A stretch of DNA of 64,000 nucleotides from an uncultured Alphaproteobacteria bacterium (GCA_963828985.1 CAWHGT010000002.1:264679-328678), one strand, 5' to 3'. Counted from the stretch's first letter, positions 19,145 through 30,257 are shown. Made by a program: numbers and translations. The notes: generated by a model from the sequence alone, not told the origin.

Positions 19145-20782
19145 CTATATGGGTTGGAAAACGCGGCGGAGCAAGGCTTCACCGCTGGGCCCGAGATCGT
19201 TGGCGCCGATCATGCCCGGGTTGCGGGCGAGCCTGGTAAGCGCCCATGCCTCGGTGATTTCAGGCGGAGCCGAGCAGGCGAGAGCCGCTGTCGCCGCCAG
19301 CGCGAACAATCGTTCGGCGACGAAGCGCGCCCGCGCCTCGACAGCCTCTGACCGAAGGGCGGCGAGGATCTCGCCTGCGGTTTCACGAGCGCCGGGAAGC
19401 CCCTCGATTTGGGCCATCAGGCCCGCGAGGACCGCCGCCGCGATCTCGGGCTCCCGATTTTCGATGCGCAGGATATCGAGCGCGATGACATTGCCGGAGC
19501 CTTCCCAGATCGCGTTGACGGGCGCTTCCCGATAGAGCCGGGGCAGGGGACTTTCCTCCACGTAACCGTTGCCGCCGAGGCATTCCATCAACTCGTAGAG
19601 CAGGCGTGGGGCGGCCTTGCAGATGCCGAATTTCGCCGCCGGCGTGATGAGGCGGGCGTAACCGGCCTCCGTGGGGTCGGTCCTGGAGAGGTCGAAGCTG
19701 CGCGCCAGCCGCAGCGACAAGGCGGTCATCGCCTCGGATTCGAGCGCAAGATCCGCAAGCACGCTGCGCATCAGCGGCTGATCGATGAGCTTCTTGCCGA
19801 AGACGCTGCGATGAAGGGCGTGATGATGAGCGTTCGCAAGCCCCATCCGCACCAGTCCGGCGGAAGAGACCGCGCAATCGAGGCGCGTCAGTTGCACCAT
19901 CTTGATGATGGTCGGAACCCCACGCCCTTCCTCGCCGATCCGCCACGCGAAGGCGTTTTCGAACTCGACCTCGGAGGACGCATTGGAGCGGTTGCCGAGC
20001 TTGTCCTTCAGTCGCAGCAACCGCAGCGCGTTGAGGCTGCCATCGGGCCGGAAGCGCGGCAGCAGGAAACAGGTCAATCCGCCGGGAGCCTGCGCCAGCA
20101 TCAGAAAGGCGTCGCACATGGGCGCCGACATGAACCATTTATGACCGCTCAGGGCATATTCGTCGCCGGCTGCCATGACGGCGCGCGAGGTGTTGGCGCG
20201 AACGTCGCTGCCGCCCTGCTTCTCGGTCATGCCCATGCCCAATGTCACAGAGTTCTTGTCCCAGAACGGGATGAAGCGGGGGTCGTAGCTGCGCGAGCGG
20301 ATCTTCGGCAGCCACTCGGCCAGCCGCTCGGGATTGGCCGCGAGAGCCGCGACCGATGCGTGCGTCATCGTCAGCGGACAGATATGGCCGGCCTCCACGC
20401 CCGCGATGGCAAACAGCCTGGCGGCGCGCGCCACCGCCGGACGGGGCTCGGGCGCATTCTCGATCGGCGCATCCCAGGTCGACGCGTGGAGGCCATCCTC
20501 CATGCTCGCCGTCATGAGGGCGTGATAGGCGGGATGAAATTCGACCTCGTCGATCCGGTGGCCGCTGGCATCGAAGCTGCGCAGGCGCGGGGGATTCTCG
20601 TTGGCGAGGCGGCCGAGATCGAAACGATGGGCCGTGCCCCAGCGTGCGCCGAACGCCGCCAGGCCCTCGGCATCGATATCGACGCCATTGGCCGCGAGAG
20701 CGCTGCGAAGCGGGCCGTCATTCATCGTCAGGTTGATGTCGACGAAAGGCGGCGTCTGGTTGAAGACCTCGTGGGTATCCAT
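19145..20782 (-). CDS. aidB: AidB-like acyl-CoA dehydrogenase (DNA alkylation response protein)
   Basis: THEVFNQTPP, GMGMTEKQGGSDVRAN, LKDKLGNRSNASSEVE, YREAPVNAIWEGSGN. Confidence 0.88.
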   Translation of the reverse strand: MDTHEVFNQTPPFVDINLTMNDGPLRSALAANGVDIDAEGLAAFGARWGTAHRFDLGRLANENPPRLRSFDASGHRIDEVEFHPAYHALMTASMEDGLHASTWDAPIENAPEPRPAVARAARLFAIAGVEAGHICPLTMTHASVAALAANPERLAEWLPKIRSRSYDPRFIPFWDKNSVTLGMGMTEKQGGSDVRANTSRAVMAAGDEYALSGHKWFMSAPMCDAFLMLAQAPGGLTCFLLPRFRPDGSLNALRLLRLKDKLGNRSNASSEVEFENAFAWRIGEEGRGVPTIIKMVQLTRLDCAVSSAGLVRMGLANAHHHALHRSVFGKKLIDQPLMRSVLADLALESEAMTALSLRLARSFDLSRTDPTEAGYARLITPAAKFGICKAAPRLLYELMECLGGNGYVEESPLPRLYREAPVNAIWEGSGNVIALDILRIENREPEIAAAVLAGLMAQIEGLPGARETAGEILAALRSEAVEARARFVAERLFALAATAALACSAPPEITEAWALTRLARNPGMIGANDLGPSGEALLRRVFQPI

Positions 20783-20835
20783 GGCCGGTCCTGCTCTGGT
20801 CTGGCGGATTTTAGCGCTCCGCATTCATCTTGGCA

Positions 20836-20877
20836 CCCGCTTCGTCATTCCGGCCGCGAGGCGAAGCGGGAATGACG
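20836..20877. repeat. Short GTCATTCC...GGAATGAC palindromic element (family C)
   Basis: CGTCATTCC (20843-20851) / GGAATGACG (20869-20877); same termini as the element at 59170-59307. Confidence 0.65.
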
Positions 20878-20937
20878 GTCATCGGCCACGCGGCGCTTGC
20901 CGGGTTCTTCGACTCCCCCTATAGCCATCGCTTCAAG

Positions 20938-21885
20938 ATGAGCGACACACCCCGACCTGTTTTCCCCCACCGCCACCTGCTCGGAATCGAGGGGCTGTCG
21001 GCGCTGGATCTGACGGCGCTTCTGGACCTCGCCGATGAGCAGGTCGAGGTCAGCCGTCAGGTCGAGAAGAAAAAATCGACGCTTCGCGGCCGCACCCAGA
21101 TCAACCTGTTCTTCGAGCCTTCGACGCGCACGCAATCCTCGTTCGAGATCGCCGGAAAGCGGCTCGGCGCTGACGTCATGAACATGTCGGTGGCGTCCTC
21201 CTCGGTGAAGAAGGGCGAGACGCTGATCGACACCGCGGCGACGCTCAACGCCATGCACCCCGATCTCATCATCGTGCGCCATCACGCGGCGGGAGCGGTG
21301 CATCTGCTGGCGCAGAAGGTGGATTGCTCGGTGGTCAATGCCGGCGACGGAGCGCATGAGCATCCCACCCAGGCGCTCCTCGATGCGCTGACGATCCGCC
21401 GCAACAAGGGCGGGATCGCGGGCCTGACAATCGCCATCTGCGGCGACATCGTGCATTCGCGGGTGGCCCGCTCCAACATGCTGCTGCTGGCGACTTTGGG
21501 CGCACGGGTTCGGCTGGTCGCCCCCTCCACCCTGCTGCCGCCCGGCATCGAGGGCCTCGGCTTCGAAACCTTCACCGATATGCGACGCGGCCTCGATGGC
21601 GCCGACATCGTCATGATGCTGCGCCTGCAGCGCGAGCGCATGAACGGTTCCTTCGTCCCTTCGACAAGGGAATATTTCCGGTTCTACGGTCTCGATCAGG
21701 ACAAGCTTTCCTGGGCAAAGCCGGATGCGCTGGTGATGCATCCGGGGCCGATGAATCGCGGCGTCGAGATCTCGTCGGACGTGGCCGACGGCGCCCAATC
21801 GCTGATCCGCGAACAGGTCGAGATGGGCGTCGCCGTCCGCATGGCGGTGCTCGAGGCTCTGGCGAGCCATTTGCCGAACAGGTGA
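20938..21885 (+). CDS. pyrB: Aspartate carbamoyltransferase catalytic subunit
   Basis: [35 protein letters not shown]. Confidence 0.97.
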   Translation: MSDTPRPVFPHRHLLGIEGLSALDLTALLDLADEQVEVSRQVEKKKSTLRGRTQINLFFEPSTRTQSSFEIAGKRLGADVMNMSVASSSVKKGETLIDTAATLNAMHPDLIIVRHHAAGAVHLLAQKVDCSVVNAGDGAHEHPTQALLDALTIRRNKGGIAGLTIAICGDIVHSRVARSNMLLLATLGARVRLVAPSTLLPPGIEGLGFETFTDMRRGLDGADIVMMLRLQRERMNGSFVPSTREYFRFYGLDQDKLSWAKPDALVMHPGPMNRGVEISSDVADGAQSLIREQVEMGVAVRMAVLEALASHLPNR

Positions 21886-21925
21886 GCATTTCCTCTCTCG
21901 CTGGGAGAGGACGAGGAAACTTCGC

Positions 21926-23221
21926 ATGACGCCGACTGATCGCCCCTTGCTGCTGACCAATGCCTGGCTCGTCGATCCCGCGACCGGCCGCGAGGAGCGT
22001 GGCGGCGTGCTGGTGGTCGATGGCACGATCGCCGAGGTGGGCCCTGCTCCGGCTGCCGCCGACGCGGTTCTCATCGATTGCGGCGGACAGGTGCTGGCGC
22101 CGGGCCTGATCGACATGCGGGCGTTCATCGGCGAACCGGGAGCGGCGCATCGCGAGACGCTGAAAAGCGCCGGCGAGGCCGCGGCGGCGGGTGGCGTTAC
22201 CACCATCGTTTCGATGCCCGACACCAACCCGGTCATCGACGATCCGGCCATGGTCGATTTCGTTCAGCGGCGCGCGCGCGATACCTCCATGGTCCATATC
22301 CGTCCCGCCGGCGCTCTCACCAAGGGATTGCTCGGGCAGGAACTGGCCGAGATCGGTTTGCTCAAGGAGGCAGGCGCAATCCTGTTCACCGACGGCGCCC
22401 GCTCGGTCACCAACGCGCAGGTGATGCGGCGCGCTTTGACCTATGCGCGCGACTTCGACGCCCTCATCGTCCACCACGTGGAGGACCCGGATCTCGTCGG
22501 ACAGGGCGTGATGAACGAGGGCGAATTCGCGGCGCGCCTTGGCCTTCCTGGCATCCCGCGCGAGGCCGAGACGGTGATGCTCGAGCGCGACATGCGTCTC
22601 GTGCGCCTGACCGGCGGCCGCTATCACGCGGCGATGATCTCCTGCGCCGATTCGGCCGACATCATCCGCAAGGCAAAAGCGGCGGGATTGCCGGTCACCT
22701 GCGGCGTATCCATCAACAATCTCGCACTCAATGAGAACGACGTCGGCGATTACCGGACGTTCTTCAAGCTCTCGCCGCCGCTTCGGCACGAGGACGATCG
22801 GCAGGCGATGATCGCTGCCCTGGTCGACGGCACCATCGACGTCATCGTGTCCGACCACAATCCACAGGATGTGGAGACCAAGAGACTGCCCTTCGCGGAA
22901 GCCGAGGACGGGGCGGTTGGGCTCGAGACGCTGCTGTCGGCGGCGCTCCGGTTGGTTCATGCGGATCTGGTTTCGCTGCCGCAGATTCTTCACGCCTTAT
23001 CCACGCGGCCCGCGGAAATCCTTGGACTTCCGGCAGGACGGCTGGAGCGCGGGGCGCCTGCGGACCTCATCGTGTTCGATCCCGATGCTCCTTATGTGCT
23101 CGACAAGCGGCTTCTGCGCTCGCTCTCGAAGAACACCCCGTTTGACGAAGCCCGTCTCGAAGGGCAGGTGACGCTGACGCTGGTTGCAGGCAGGATCGTG
23201 TTCGACCGCCGTTCAATCTAA
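21926..23221 (+). CDS. pyrC: Dihydroorotase-like protein (PyrC'-type, lacks the N-terminal HxH)
   Basis: [46 protein letters not shown]; in the pyrB operon. Confidence 0.9.
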   Translation: MTPTDRPLLLTNAWLVDPATGREERGGVLVVDGTIAEVGPAPAAADAVLIDCGGQVLAPGLIDMRAFIGEPGAAHRETLKSAGEAAAAGGVTTIVSMPDTNPVIDDPAMVDFVQRRARDTSMVHIRPAGALTKGLLGQELAEIGLLKEAGAILFTDGARSVTNAQVMRRALTYARDFDALIVHHVEDPDLVGQGVMNEGEFAARLGLPGIPREAETVMLERDMRLVRLTGGRYHAAMISCADSADIIRKAKAAGLPVTCGVSINNLALNENDVGDYRTFFKLSPPLRHEDDRQAMIAALVDGTIDVIVSDHNPQDVETKRLPFAEAEDGAVGLETLLSAALRLVHADLVSLPQILHALSTRPAEILGLPAGRLERGAPADLIVFDPDAPYVLDKRLLRSLSKNTPFDEARLEGQVTLTLVAGRIVFDRRSI

Positions 23222-23233
23222 AAAGGGAAACGA

Positions 23234-23836
23234 ATGTCCGACGACGTCCATCTGCTTTTGCTCCTTGCCGCTCTGGTCGTCGGCTATCTGCTCGGTTCGA
23301 TCCCCTTCGGCTTCATTTTCACCCGCATGGCCGGGCTCGGCGATATCCGGAAAGTGGGTTCCGGCAATATCGGAGCCACCAATGTGCTGCGCACAGGCCG
23401 CAAGGGGCTCGCGGCCGCGACCCTGGTGGGCGATGCGCTGAAAGGCACCGCCGCGGTTCTCATCGCGCGCCATTTCGGCAACGATCTCGGGGCCGTTGCG
23501 GCCTTGGGCGCCTTTCTCGGGCACCTGTTTCCGGTCTGGCTGAAGTTCCAGGGCGGCAAGGGCGTGGCAACTTTCCTAGGGGTGCTGCTGGGCTTGCAGC
23601 CGCTTGCCGCTCTCGCCTTTGCGCTCATCTGGCTCGCGCTCGCATATCTCACCCGCTATTCGTCGCTCTCGGCGCTGGTCGCGAGTGCGGCGTCGCCCAT
23701 TGTCCTGTGGCTCCTCGGGGCGCCGGGAACCGCCGGGGTCGCCTTTGTCCTCGCAGCCCTGCTCTGGTGGAAGCACAGCGAGAACATCAACCGGCTGCTG
23801 GACGGCACCGAAGGCAAGATCGGACAAAAAAGTTGA
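23234..23836 (+). CDS. plsY: Glycerol-3-phosphate acyltransferase PlsY
   Basis: [39 protein letters not shown]. Confidence 0.96.
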   Translation: MSDDVHLLLLLAALVVGYLLGSIPFGFIFTRMAGLGDIRKVGSGNIGATNVLRTGRKGLAAATLVGDALKGTAAVLIARHFGNDLGAVAALGAFLGHLFPVWLKFQGGKGVATFLGVLLGLQPLAALAFALIWLALAYLTRYSSLSALVASAASPIVLWLLGAPGTAGVAFVLAALLWWKHSENINRLLDGTEGKIGQKS

Positions 23837-25038
23837 GCGGCGCTTCCCTCACCGACGAGCAGCGCCTCGACTGGCTGCGCCTGATCCGCTCCGAGAAGGT
23901 CGGCCCGCGCACCTTTCGAGCCCTCATCAACCAATATGGCGGCGCGTCGGCGGCGCTCGAGGCCTTGCCTGACCTTGCGCGACGCAGCGGGCGTGCATCG
24001 CTGAAAGTCACCAGCCGCGCCGAGGCCGAGAAGGAACTGAAGCAGGCGGCGCGCCTCGGCGTTCGGTTCATCGGCATGGGCGAACCGGCTTATCCCAAGA
24101 CGCTGCAGGCCGCCGATACGGCGCCCCCTTTGATCGGCGTACGCGGTTCGGTCGAGATCCTCTCGCGCCCGGCCGTCGCCATGGTGGGCTCACGCAACGC
24201 GTCCGCTGCCGGGCTCACCTTCGCGGAGCGACTTTCGCGCCAGCTCGGGGAGGTGGGTTATGTCGTCGTGTCCGGTCTCGCCCGGGGCGTCGATACTCGC
24301 GCCCACAAGGCGACGCTGGCCAGCGGGACCATCGCGGTGCTCGCCGGCGGCCATGACCGGATTTATCCGCCCGAAAACGAGGCGCTTCTTCTCGCGATCG
24401 TCGAGAATGGAGGCGCGGTGATTTCGGAAATGCCCATGGGCTGGGAGCCCCGCGGGCGCGATTTTCCAAGGCGGAATCGCATTGTGTCGGGCCTGTCCTA
24501 CGGGGTGGTGGTCGTGGAAGCGGCACGGCGATCCGGCTCGCTTATCACCGCCCGCTTCGCGCTCGAACAGGGACGGGAGGTTTTCGCCGTTCCGGGCTCT
24601 CCGCTGGACCCTCGGGCGGAGGGGACCAACGATCTCATCCGCGACGGCGCAACGCTTTGCGCTTCGATCGATCACGTGACGAATGTGTTGGAGCCGCTGA
24701 TCGCCGCCGGCCCGAAGGTCGACAAGGACATGAGCGAGCCCCTGCATCTCCTCGGCACCGAGGAGCTTTGGGACGAGCTGGACCTGCCCGATATCGCCCG
24801 GCCGCCCACCGGCATCGTACTGCCGCATGGAGGCTTGCTCGACGAAGCGGGAGAGGGGGATCGAATCGAGGTCGATCTCGTGTCGCTGCTGGGACCTTCG
24901 CCGGTCGGCATCGACGATCTCGCCCGGCAATCGGGGCTGTCGATCGGCCATGTGCAGATGGCGTTGCTGGAGCTGGAAATCGCCGGAAGGCTCGAACGCC
25001 ACGGCGGCAACGCGGTGTCGCTGCTCGCGAAAACCTGA
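23833..25038 (+). CDS. dprA: DNA-processing protein DprA
   Basis: [44 protein letters not shown]; TTG start overlaps the plsY stop. Confidence 0.95.
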   Translation: MSGASLTDEQRLDWLRLIRSEKVGPRTFRALINQYGGASAALEALPDLARRSGRASLKVTSRAEAEKELKQAARLGVRFIGMGEPAYPKTLQAADTAPPLIGVRGSVEILSRPAVAMVGSRNASAAGLTFAERLSRQLGEVGYVVVSGLARGVDTRAHKATLASGTIAVLAGGHDRIYPPENEALLLAIVENGGAVISEMPMGWEPRGRDFPRRNRIVSGLSYGVVVVEAARRSGSLITARFALEQGREVFAVPGSPLDPRAEGTNDLIRDGATLCASIDHVTNVLEPLIAAGPKVDKDMSEPLHLLGTEELWDELDLPDIARPPTGIVLPHGGLLDEAGEGDRIEVDLVSLLGPSPVGIDDLARQSGLSIGHVQMALLELEIAGRLERHGGNAVSLLAKT

Positions 25039-25041
25039 GGG

Positions 25042-25263
25042 TCAGGTTTCCGGGTGTCGCGCCTGCACGACCCGGATGGCTTCGAGCCGCGCCATGTCGA
25101 GCAGATAAGCCAGCAGGTCGAGCCGCGAAGCCCGGGCAAGGGACGAGAGCTCGAGGGTGAAATCCGCGACGAATTTCGCGGTTTCAAGCGGGTCAGAGCT
25201 GGCCCTGACCGGGTTGAGGTCAGTCTGCGGTAAACTTTTGGTTGTGCTCGGCAGCTTGGACAT
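25042..25263 (-). CDS. Small hypothetical protein (73 aa)
   Basis: Helical ...LSSLARASRLDLLAYLLDMARLEA motif resembling small Hyphomicrobiales proteins; AT-rich upstream region. Confidence 0.65.
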   Translation of the reverse strand: MSKLPSTTKSLPQTDLNPVRASSDPLETAKFVADFTLELSSLARASRLDLLAYLLDMARLEAIRVVQARHPET

Positions 25264-25358
25264 GAAACCTTGGTGGCGATAACGTTGCAATGTCGCTGAA
25301 TAACAATACAACCGCCAATGCACAACCTTAAATTAATAACTACAGGTTGCGAGCCGTT

Positions 25359-26285
25359 TCAGCCCAGCAGAATAATCAACAGGGGCATCGATCCCATTGC
25401 CACAAGGGTCTGAAGCGTCAGGATTTCGGCCATCAGGGGTGCGTTGCCGCCCATCTGGCGGGCGAGCACAAAGGCGGCGCTCGCGCAGGGCACCGAGGAG
25501 GCGATGATCGCCACCACGAGATCGTTCCCCGAGACACCGGCCATTCGCGCAACCGAGACGACGATCAAAGGCAGGATCAGCAATTTCAGGACGCCCGAGA
25601 TCACGTGCGGGAGGCCGGGCCTGGCAAGGCGGCGGATGTCGAGGCCCGCACCGACGACGAGCAGACCCGCCGCGAGCGCCGCGCGGCCCATCAATTCCAC
25701 GTAGAGTGCCAGCGGCTGCGGCAGCGGCGGGACCAGAAAGTTGAGGATGAGCCCGATGGCGCAGGACCAGATGAACGGGTTGCTGGCAAATGAACGCAGG
25801 ATCTCATACGGGCTCTGACGCGGCTGCCCGGCGAACCGGATGAAGACGTAGAACGCCAGCAGATTGAGAAGCGGCACCATGGCGGCGATCGCCACCGCGA
25901 TCAGCGCCACGCCGCGCTGGCCGAACAGGCTGCCGGCGACCGACAGGGCGATGAAAGTGTTCCAGCGCGTCGCGCCTTGAAAGATCGACGTGAAGCTCGG
26001 TCCGTCGACCCGTCCTCCGCGCGACAGAACCTTGCGGAGCGAAAGCGTGATGATTGCGACGATGAGGATCCCGGCGATCAGCGCCCCGCCGACGCCTGCG
26101 ACCGGGACATCCCGGAGATTGGCCCGCGAAAGGGTGTCGATGATGAGGGCCGGAAAAAAGATCGTGTAGGTGGTCCGTTCCAGCCCGGCCCATTGCCGGT
26201 CGTCGACGAAGCCTGTGGTGCGGCAGAGCCAGCCAGTCGCAATGAGCAGGAAAGTGGGAATGAGGCTGGCGAAAACCGCTGACAT
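25359..26285 (-). CDS. AEC (auxin efflux carrier) family transporter
   Basis: About 10 TM segments; YTIFFPAL, FQGATRWNTF, VLARQMGGNAPLMA. Confidence 0.9.
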   Translation of the reverse strand: MSAVFASLIPTFLLIATGWLCRTTGFVDDRQWAGLERTTYTIFFPALIIDTLSRANLRDVPVAGVGGALIAGILIVAIITLSLRKVLSRGGRVDGPSFTSIFQGATRWNTFIALSVAGSLFGQRGVALIAVAIAAMVPLLNLLAFYVFIRFAGQPRQSPYEILRSFASNPFIWSCAIGLILNFLVPPLPQPLALYVELMGRAALAAGLLVVGAGLDIRRLARPGLPHVISGVLKLLILPLIVVSVARMAGVSGNDLVVAIIASSVPCASAAFVLARQMGGNAPLMAEILTLQTLVAMGSMPLLIILLG

Positions 26286-26449
26286 GGGGAGCCGGAATCT
26301 CGAAGCGCACCGCGCGGTTTTCAAATGCGGATTTCAGACGTGCATGAACCGGACGTGCAATTCCGGATGTGCAAGAGGCGCTTAGCCTCTATTGAGTGAG
26401 TTCACAAGCGATGCGGGGATCCGTCCCCCGATGTTCTTCTCGAGGCAGC

Positions 26450-26872
26450 ATGATTCAGGTGACCCCTTCTCTGTCGATCGACGAGGACGAGCTGCAGGAA
26501 AGCTTTATCCGCGCATCCGGACCCGGCGGACAGAACGTCCACAAGGTCTCGACCGCCGTGCAATTGCGCTTCGACGTCCGCCATTCGCCGAACCTTCCCG
26601 AGGATGTGCGGGAGCGACTGGAACGCCTTGCCGGCCAGCGGCTGACCAATGACGGTGTCATCATCATCACGGCCCAGCGCTTCCGCACCCAGGAGCGCAA
26701 TCGCGAGGACGCGAAGGAGCGCCTCGTCGCGCTGATCCGGCAAGCCACGGAGCGCCAGAAGCCAAGGCGTCCCACGCGCCCTACGCTGGCGTCCAAGCAA
26801 CGGCGGCTCGAAGCCAAGGGGAGGCGGGCTGATATCAAGAAGGGACGGGGCGCCAAGGGAGGCCTGGACTAG
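26450..26872 (+). CDS. arfB: Alternative ribosome rescue peptidyl-tRNA hydrolase ArfB
   Basis: FIRASGPGGQNV, RTQERNREDA, basic tail RRPTRPTLAS. Confidence 0.93.
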   Translation: MIQVTPSLSIDEDELQESFIRASGPGGQNVHKVSTAVQLRFDVRHSPNLPEDVRERLERLAGQRLTNDGVIIITAQRFRTQERNREDAKERLVALIRQATERQKPRRPTRPTLASKQRRLEAKGRRADIKKGRGAKGGLD

Positions 26873-26995
26873 ACGGGCCCAATCCGATTGGACCGCAGGA
26901 AACGGATCGCGGCGCCGAACGACGTGGCATATCCAGAAATCTCTGGAGATCGTTCGACGCACAACCCGAAGCACGCACGACCTAAGGACCCGCCC

Positions 26996-27954
26996 GTGAA
27001 CACGCAACGACCGCTTCCGCACTCAACGATCAATCGCACCATGACTTGGCGCGAATGGTCAATGCTGCTGGCGCTGTCGGTGCTTTGGGGCGGTTCGTTC
27101 TTCTTCACCGGAATCGCCGTGCAGGAGCTGCCGCCCTTCACCATCGTTGTGTTGAGAGTGGGACTTCGCGGCGATCTTCCTGCTCGCGCTCCTTCGCGTT
27201 CTGAACATCCGCATGCCGACGCGACCGCAAAACATGGTCGGCGTTCTTTGGCATGGGGCTTCTCAACAACGTGGTGCCGTTCTGCCTCATTGTCTGGGGG
27301 CAGACCCATATCGCGTCCGGCCTTGCCTCGATCCTCAATGCCACGACGCCGCTCTTTAGCGTTGTGGTGGCGAACTTTCTCACGACCGACGAGAAGATGA
27401 CGGGCAACCGGCTGGGCGGCGTGATCGTGGGTTTTGCCGGTGTCGTATTTCTCGTCGGTCCCTCGGCACTGGAACAATCGGGAGCGAATATCACCGCGCA
27501 GGCGGCTTGCCTCGCGGCCGCGTTTTCCTATGCGCTGGCGGGCATTTACGGCCGCCGCTTCAAGCGTATGGGAGTTGCCCCCATTGCCACTGCGACCGGT
27601 CAGGTGACGGCCTCGACCCTCATGTTGCTGCCGGTCGCGCTGCTGGTCGATCAGCCCTGGACGCTGCCTCTGCCGGGTCCGGCGACTTTCGCCGCAATCG
27701 GCGGGATCGCGGCGCTGTCGACGGCACTCGCCTACGTGCTGTATTTCCGAATCCTGTCCACGGCAGGCGCGACCAATCTGCTGCTCGTCACGTTCCTGAT
27801 TCCCGTCAGCGCAATCCTCCTCGGCTGGCTCGTGCTCGGGGAACGGCTCGATCACCGGCACTTGCTCGGCATGGCGCTGATCGGCGCAGGACTCGCGGCG
27901 ATAGATGGGCGGCTGTTGAGGCTGCCGATGCAGAAAAATGCCAGAAGTTTGTAG
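26996..27954 (+). CDS. DMT/EamA family transporter (apparent frameshifts at about 27160-27250)
   Basis: LSVLWGGSFFF in one frame; MGLLNNVVPF...ILNATTPLF...TFLIPVSAILLG in another. Confidence 0.85.
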
Positions 27955-27968
27955 ACATCCAGCCGGGG

Positions 27969-29027
27969 TCAGGTCGGCGCGGCCGGCGGATACACATGCT
28001 CCGCACCGCGAAAATCCATGACCGCGTAGCATCCTTCTCCGATCGCCCGCATGCCACTCGCGCCAATCTCCGCTTTCCCGTGTCCGCCCGGAATATCGAG
28101 GATGTAGGTGGGCTGACAGAGGCCCGAGACACGGCCTCGCAAGGATGCCACCAAAGCCTGCCCCTCGGCGATCGAAAGTCGAAAATGGCTGGTGCCGGGC
28201 GCGAGGTCCGGGTGGTGGAGGTAATAGGGCTTGATGCGGGTCTCCACGAAGGCGCGCATGAGCCCGGCCAGAACTCCCGGATCGTCGTTGACGCCGCGCA
28301 GCAGCACCGATTGGCTGATCATGACGATGCCGGAATCGACCAGCCGGGCGCAGGCCGCCCGAGCCTCCGGGGTGAGTTCACGCGGATGGTTGGCGTGAAG
28401 GGCCACATAGGTGCTCTTGCCCGACGCTTTCAGGGCAGCAATCAGCGCAGCGTCCACATGATCGGGCTCCACCACCGGCACGCGGGTATGAAAACGGACG
28501 ATTTTGACGTGCTCGATCGTAGCAAGCCGCCTCGTGATCTCCTCGAGGCGCCGAGGCGACAGCACGAGCGGATCGCCGCCCGTCAGGATCACCTCCCAGA
28601 TTTCCGGACGACCGGCGATATAGGCGAAAGCCGCATCCATGGCCTCGGGCGAGAGCGTGCCGAGCCCTTGCGGTCCCACCATCTCGCGGCGAAAGCAGAA
28701 GCGGCAATAGACCGGGCAGACATGGACGGCCTTGAGCAGGACGCGGTCGGGATAGCGGTGGACGATTCCTTCGACGGGACTATGCGCGAGATCGCCGATG
28801 GGATCGGCGCGCTCCTCCGGCGTGGTTGCAAGCTCCACCACATCCGGCACGAATTGCCGGGCGATCGGATCGTGCGGGTCGTCTGGATCGATAAGGGCCG
28901 CCATCGCGGGGCTGATGGCGACGGCATAACGGTCCGCGACCTGCTCGATGTCGCGCTGTAATTCCGGCGCGATCATCCCGGCTTCCACCAGTTCGGCGGC
29001 CGTCCGAATGGTACGGGCGACATTCAT
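27969..29027 (-). CDS. epmB: EF-P beta-lysylation lysine 2,3-aminomutase (radical SAM)
   Basis: HRYPDRVL, CPVYCRFCFRR, LTGGDPL, QSVLLRGVND, DIPGGHGK; adjacent to epmA. Confidence 0.9.
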   Translation of the reverse strand: MNVARTIRTAAELVEAGMIAPELQRDIEQVADRYAVAISPAMAALIDPDDPHDPIARQFVPDVVELATTPEERADPIGDLAHSPVEGIVHRYPDRVLLKAVHVCPVYCRFCFRREMVGPQGLGTLSPEAMDAAFAYIAGRPEIWEVILTGGDPLVLSPRRLEEITRRLATIEHVKIVRFHTRVPVVEPDHVDAALIAALKASGKSTYVALHANHPRELTPEARAACARLVDSGIVMISQSVLLRGVNDDPGVLAGLMRAFVETRIKPYYLHHPDLAPGTSHFRLSIAEGQALVASLRGRVSGLCQPTYILDIPGGHGKAEIGASGMRAIGEGCYAVMDFRGAEHVYPPAAPT

Positions 29028-30115
29028 GAGCGGGTCTCCGGCAAAGGCGTCCACAACACCTGTTCGATCCGGGAGGCGCCGGTCGCGAGCATGACGAGAC
29101 GGTCGAACCCGAGCGCGATGCCCGACGCCTCTGGCATCGTCTCGAGCGCGCTCAGAAAGTCCTCGTCTATCGGATAGCTTTCGCCATAGACGCGCATTTT
29201 CTCCGCCATCTCCATCTCGAACCGGCGGCGCTGCTCGCCCGCATTCGTCAATTCCCCGAAGGCATTCGCCAGTTCGACGCCGCAGGCATAAAGCTCGAAC
29301 CGCTCGGCCACCCGGGAATCGCGGGCGGTCGGACGGGCAAGCGCTGCCTCGACGACAGGGTATTGGTCGAGGATCGTGGCGCGTCCAAGGCCCAGCTGCG
29401 GCTCCACCCGCTCGACGATGACGCGGCTGAAGAGGTCGGACCAGGTATCGTCTTCCGCTACGCGAAGGCCTGCCGCCTTCAGCGCAGCCGCGAGTTGTGG
29501 CGCGTCGGTTGAACCATCCTGTGCGATAGTCGCCAGCAGGTCGATGCCTGCAAACCGCCAGAAGGCCTCGGCGACCGTAAGGCGCTCGGGTTCCTGAAAC
29601 GGATCGGTTTCGCGGCCCCGATAGGTGAGGACCTTCGTCCCTGTCGTCTCGGCCGCAAGCGCCAGCATCTCGGCGCAATCCCGCATCAGGACCTCATAGG
29701 GCTCCCCCGCGCGATACCATTCGAGCATCGTGAATTCCGGGTGATGCAAGGGGCCGCGCTCGCGGTTGCGGTAGACATGGGCAAAGCACGAAATCCGCCG
29801 CTCTCCGGCCGCCAGCAGCTTCTTGCAGGCGAATTCCGGCGAGGTGTGGAGGTAGAGGTTGGTGCGCTCGCCAGCTGGCGACAGGGCCTCGGTCGCGAAG
29901 GCGTGGAGATGGGCCTCGTTTCCCGGCGACACCTGCAGGGTCGCGGTATCGACCTCGACGAAATCCTGGCCGGCGAAGAACGCACGGAAGGCTCCCTGAA
30001 TGCGGTTCCGCGCCAACAGGAACGGGCGCCGGTCCGCATGGACGTCGGGCGTCCACCAGGGGGAGGCCGCAGCAAGGGGGAGGGAGGGAGGCATGGTGGC
30101 TTTGGTGTTTTCCAC
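29024..30115 (-). CDS. epmA: EF-P lysine aminoacylase EpmA (GenX/PoxA)
   Basis: YLHTSPEFACKKLLAAG, HHPEFTMLEWYR, ERFELYACGVELANAFGEL, GIALGFDRL. Confidence 0.95.
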   Translation of the reverse strand: MENTKATMPPSLPLAAASPWWTPDVHADRRPFLLARNRIQGAFRAFFAGQDFVEVDTATLQVSPGNEAHLHAFATEALSPAGERTNLYLHTSPEFACKKLLAAGERRISCFAHVYRNRERGPLHHPEFTMLEWYRAGEPYEVLMRDCAEMLALAAETTGTKVLTYRGRETDPFQEPERLTVAEAFWRFAGIDLLATIAQDGSTDAPQLAAALKAAGLRVAEDDTWSDLFSRVIVERVEPQLGLGRATILDQYPVVEAALARPTARDSRVAERFELYACGVELANAFGELTNAGEQRRRFEMEMAEKMRVYGESYPIDEDFLSALETMPEASGIALGFDRLVMLATGASRIEQVLWTPLPETRS

Positions 30116-30257
30116 GTTCGGGGTCGGTTCCAGCCGGTCAGGCTGGCGATTTGTGCGAAGATAGGCTAGTGCGGCAGCGAAACAGTTTTCAGGCGTCGCC
30201 GGGGCAGGTTCTGCCGCCCCTTCGACGTGCCCCTATCTCTCACAAGGAACGCTTCCC

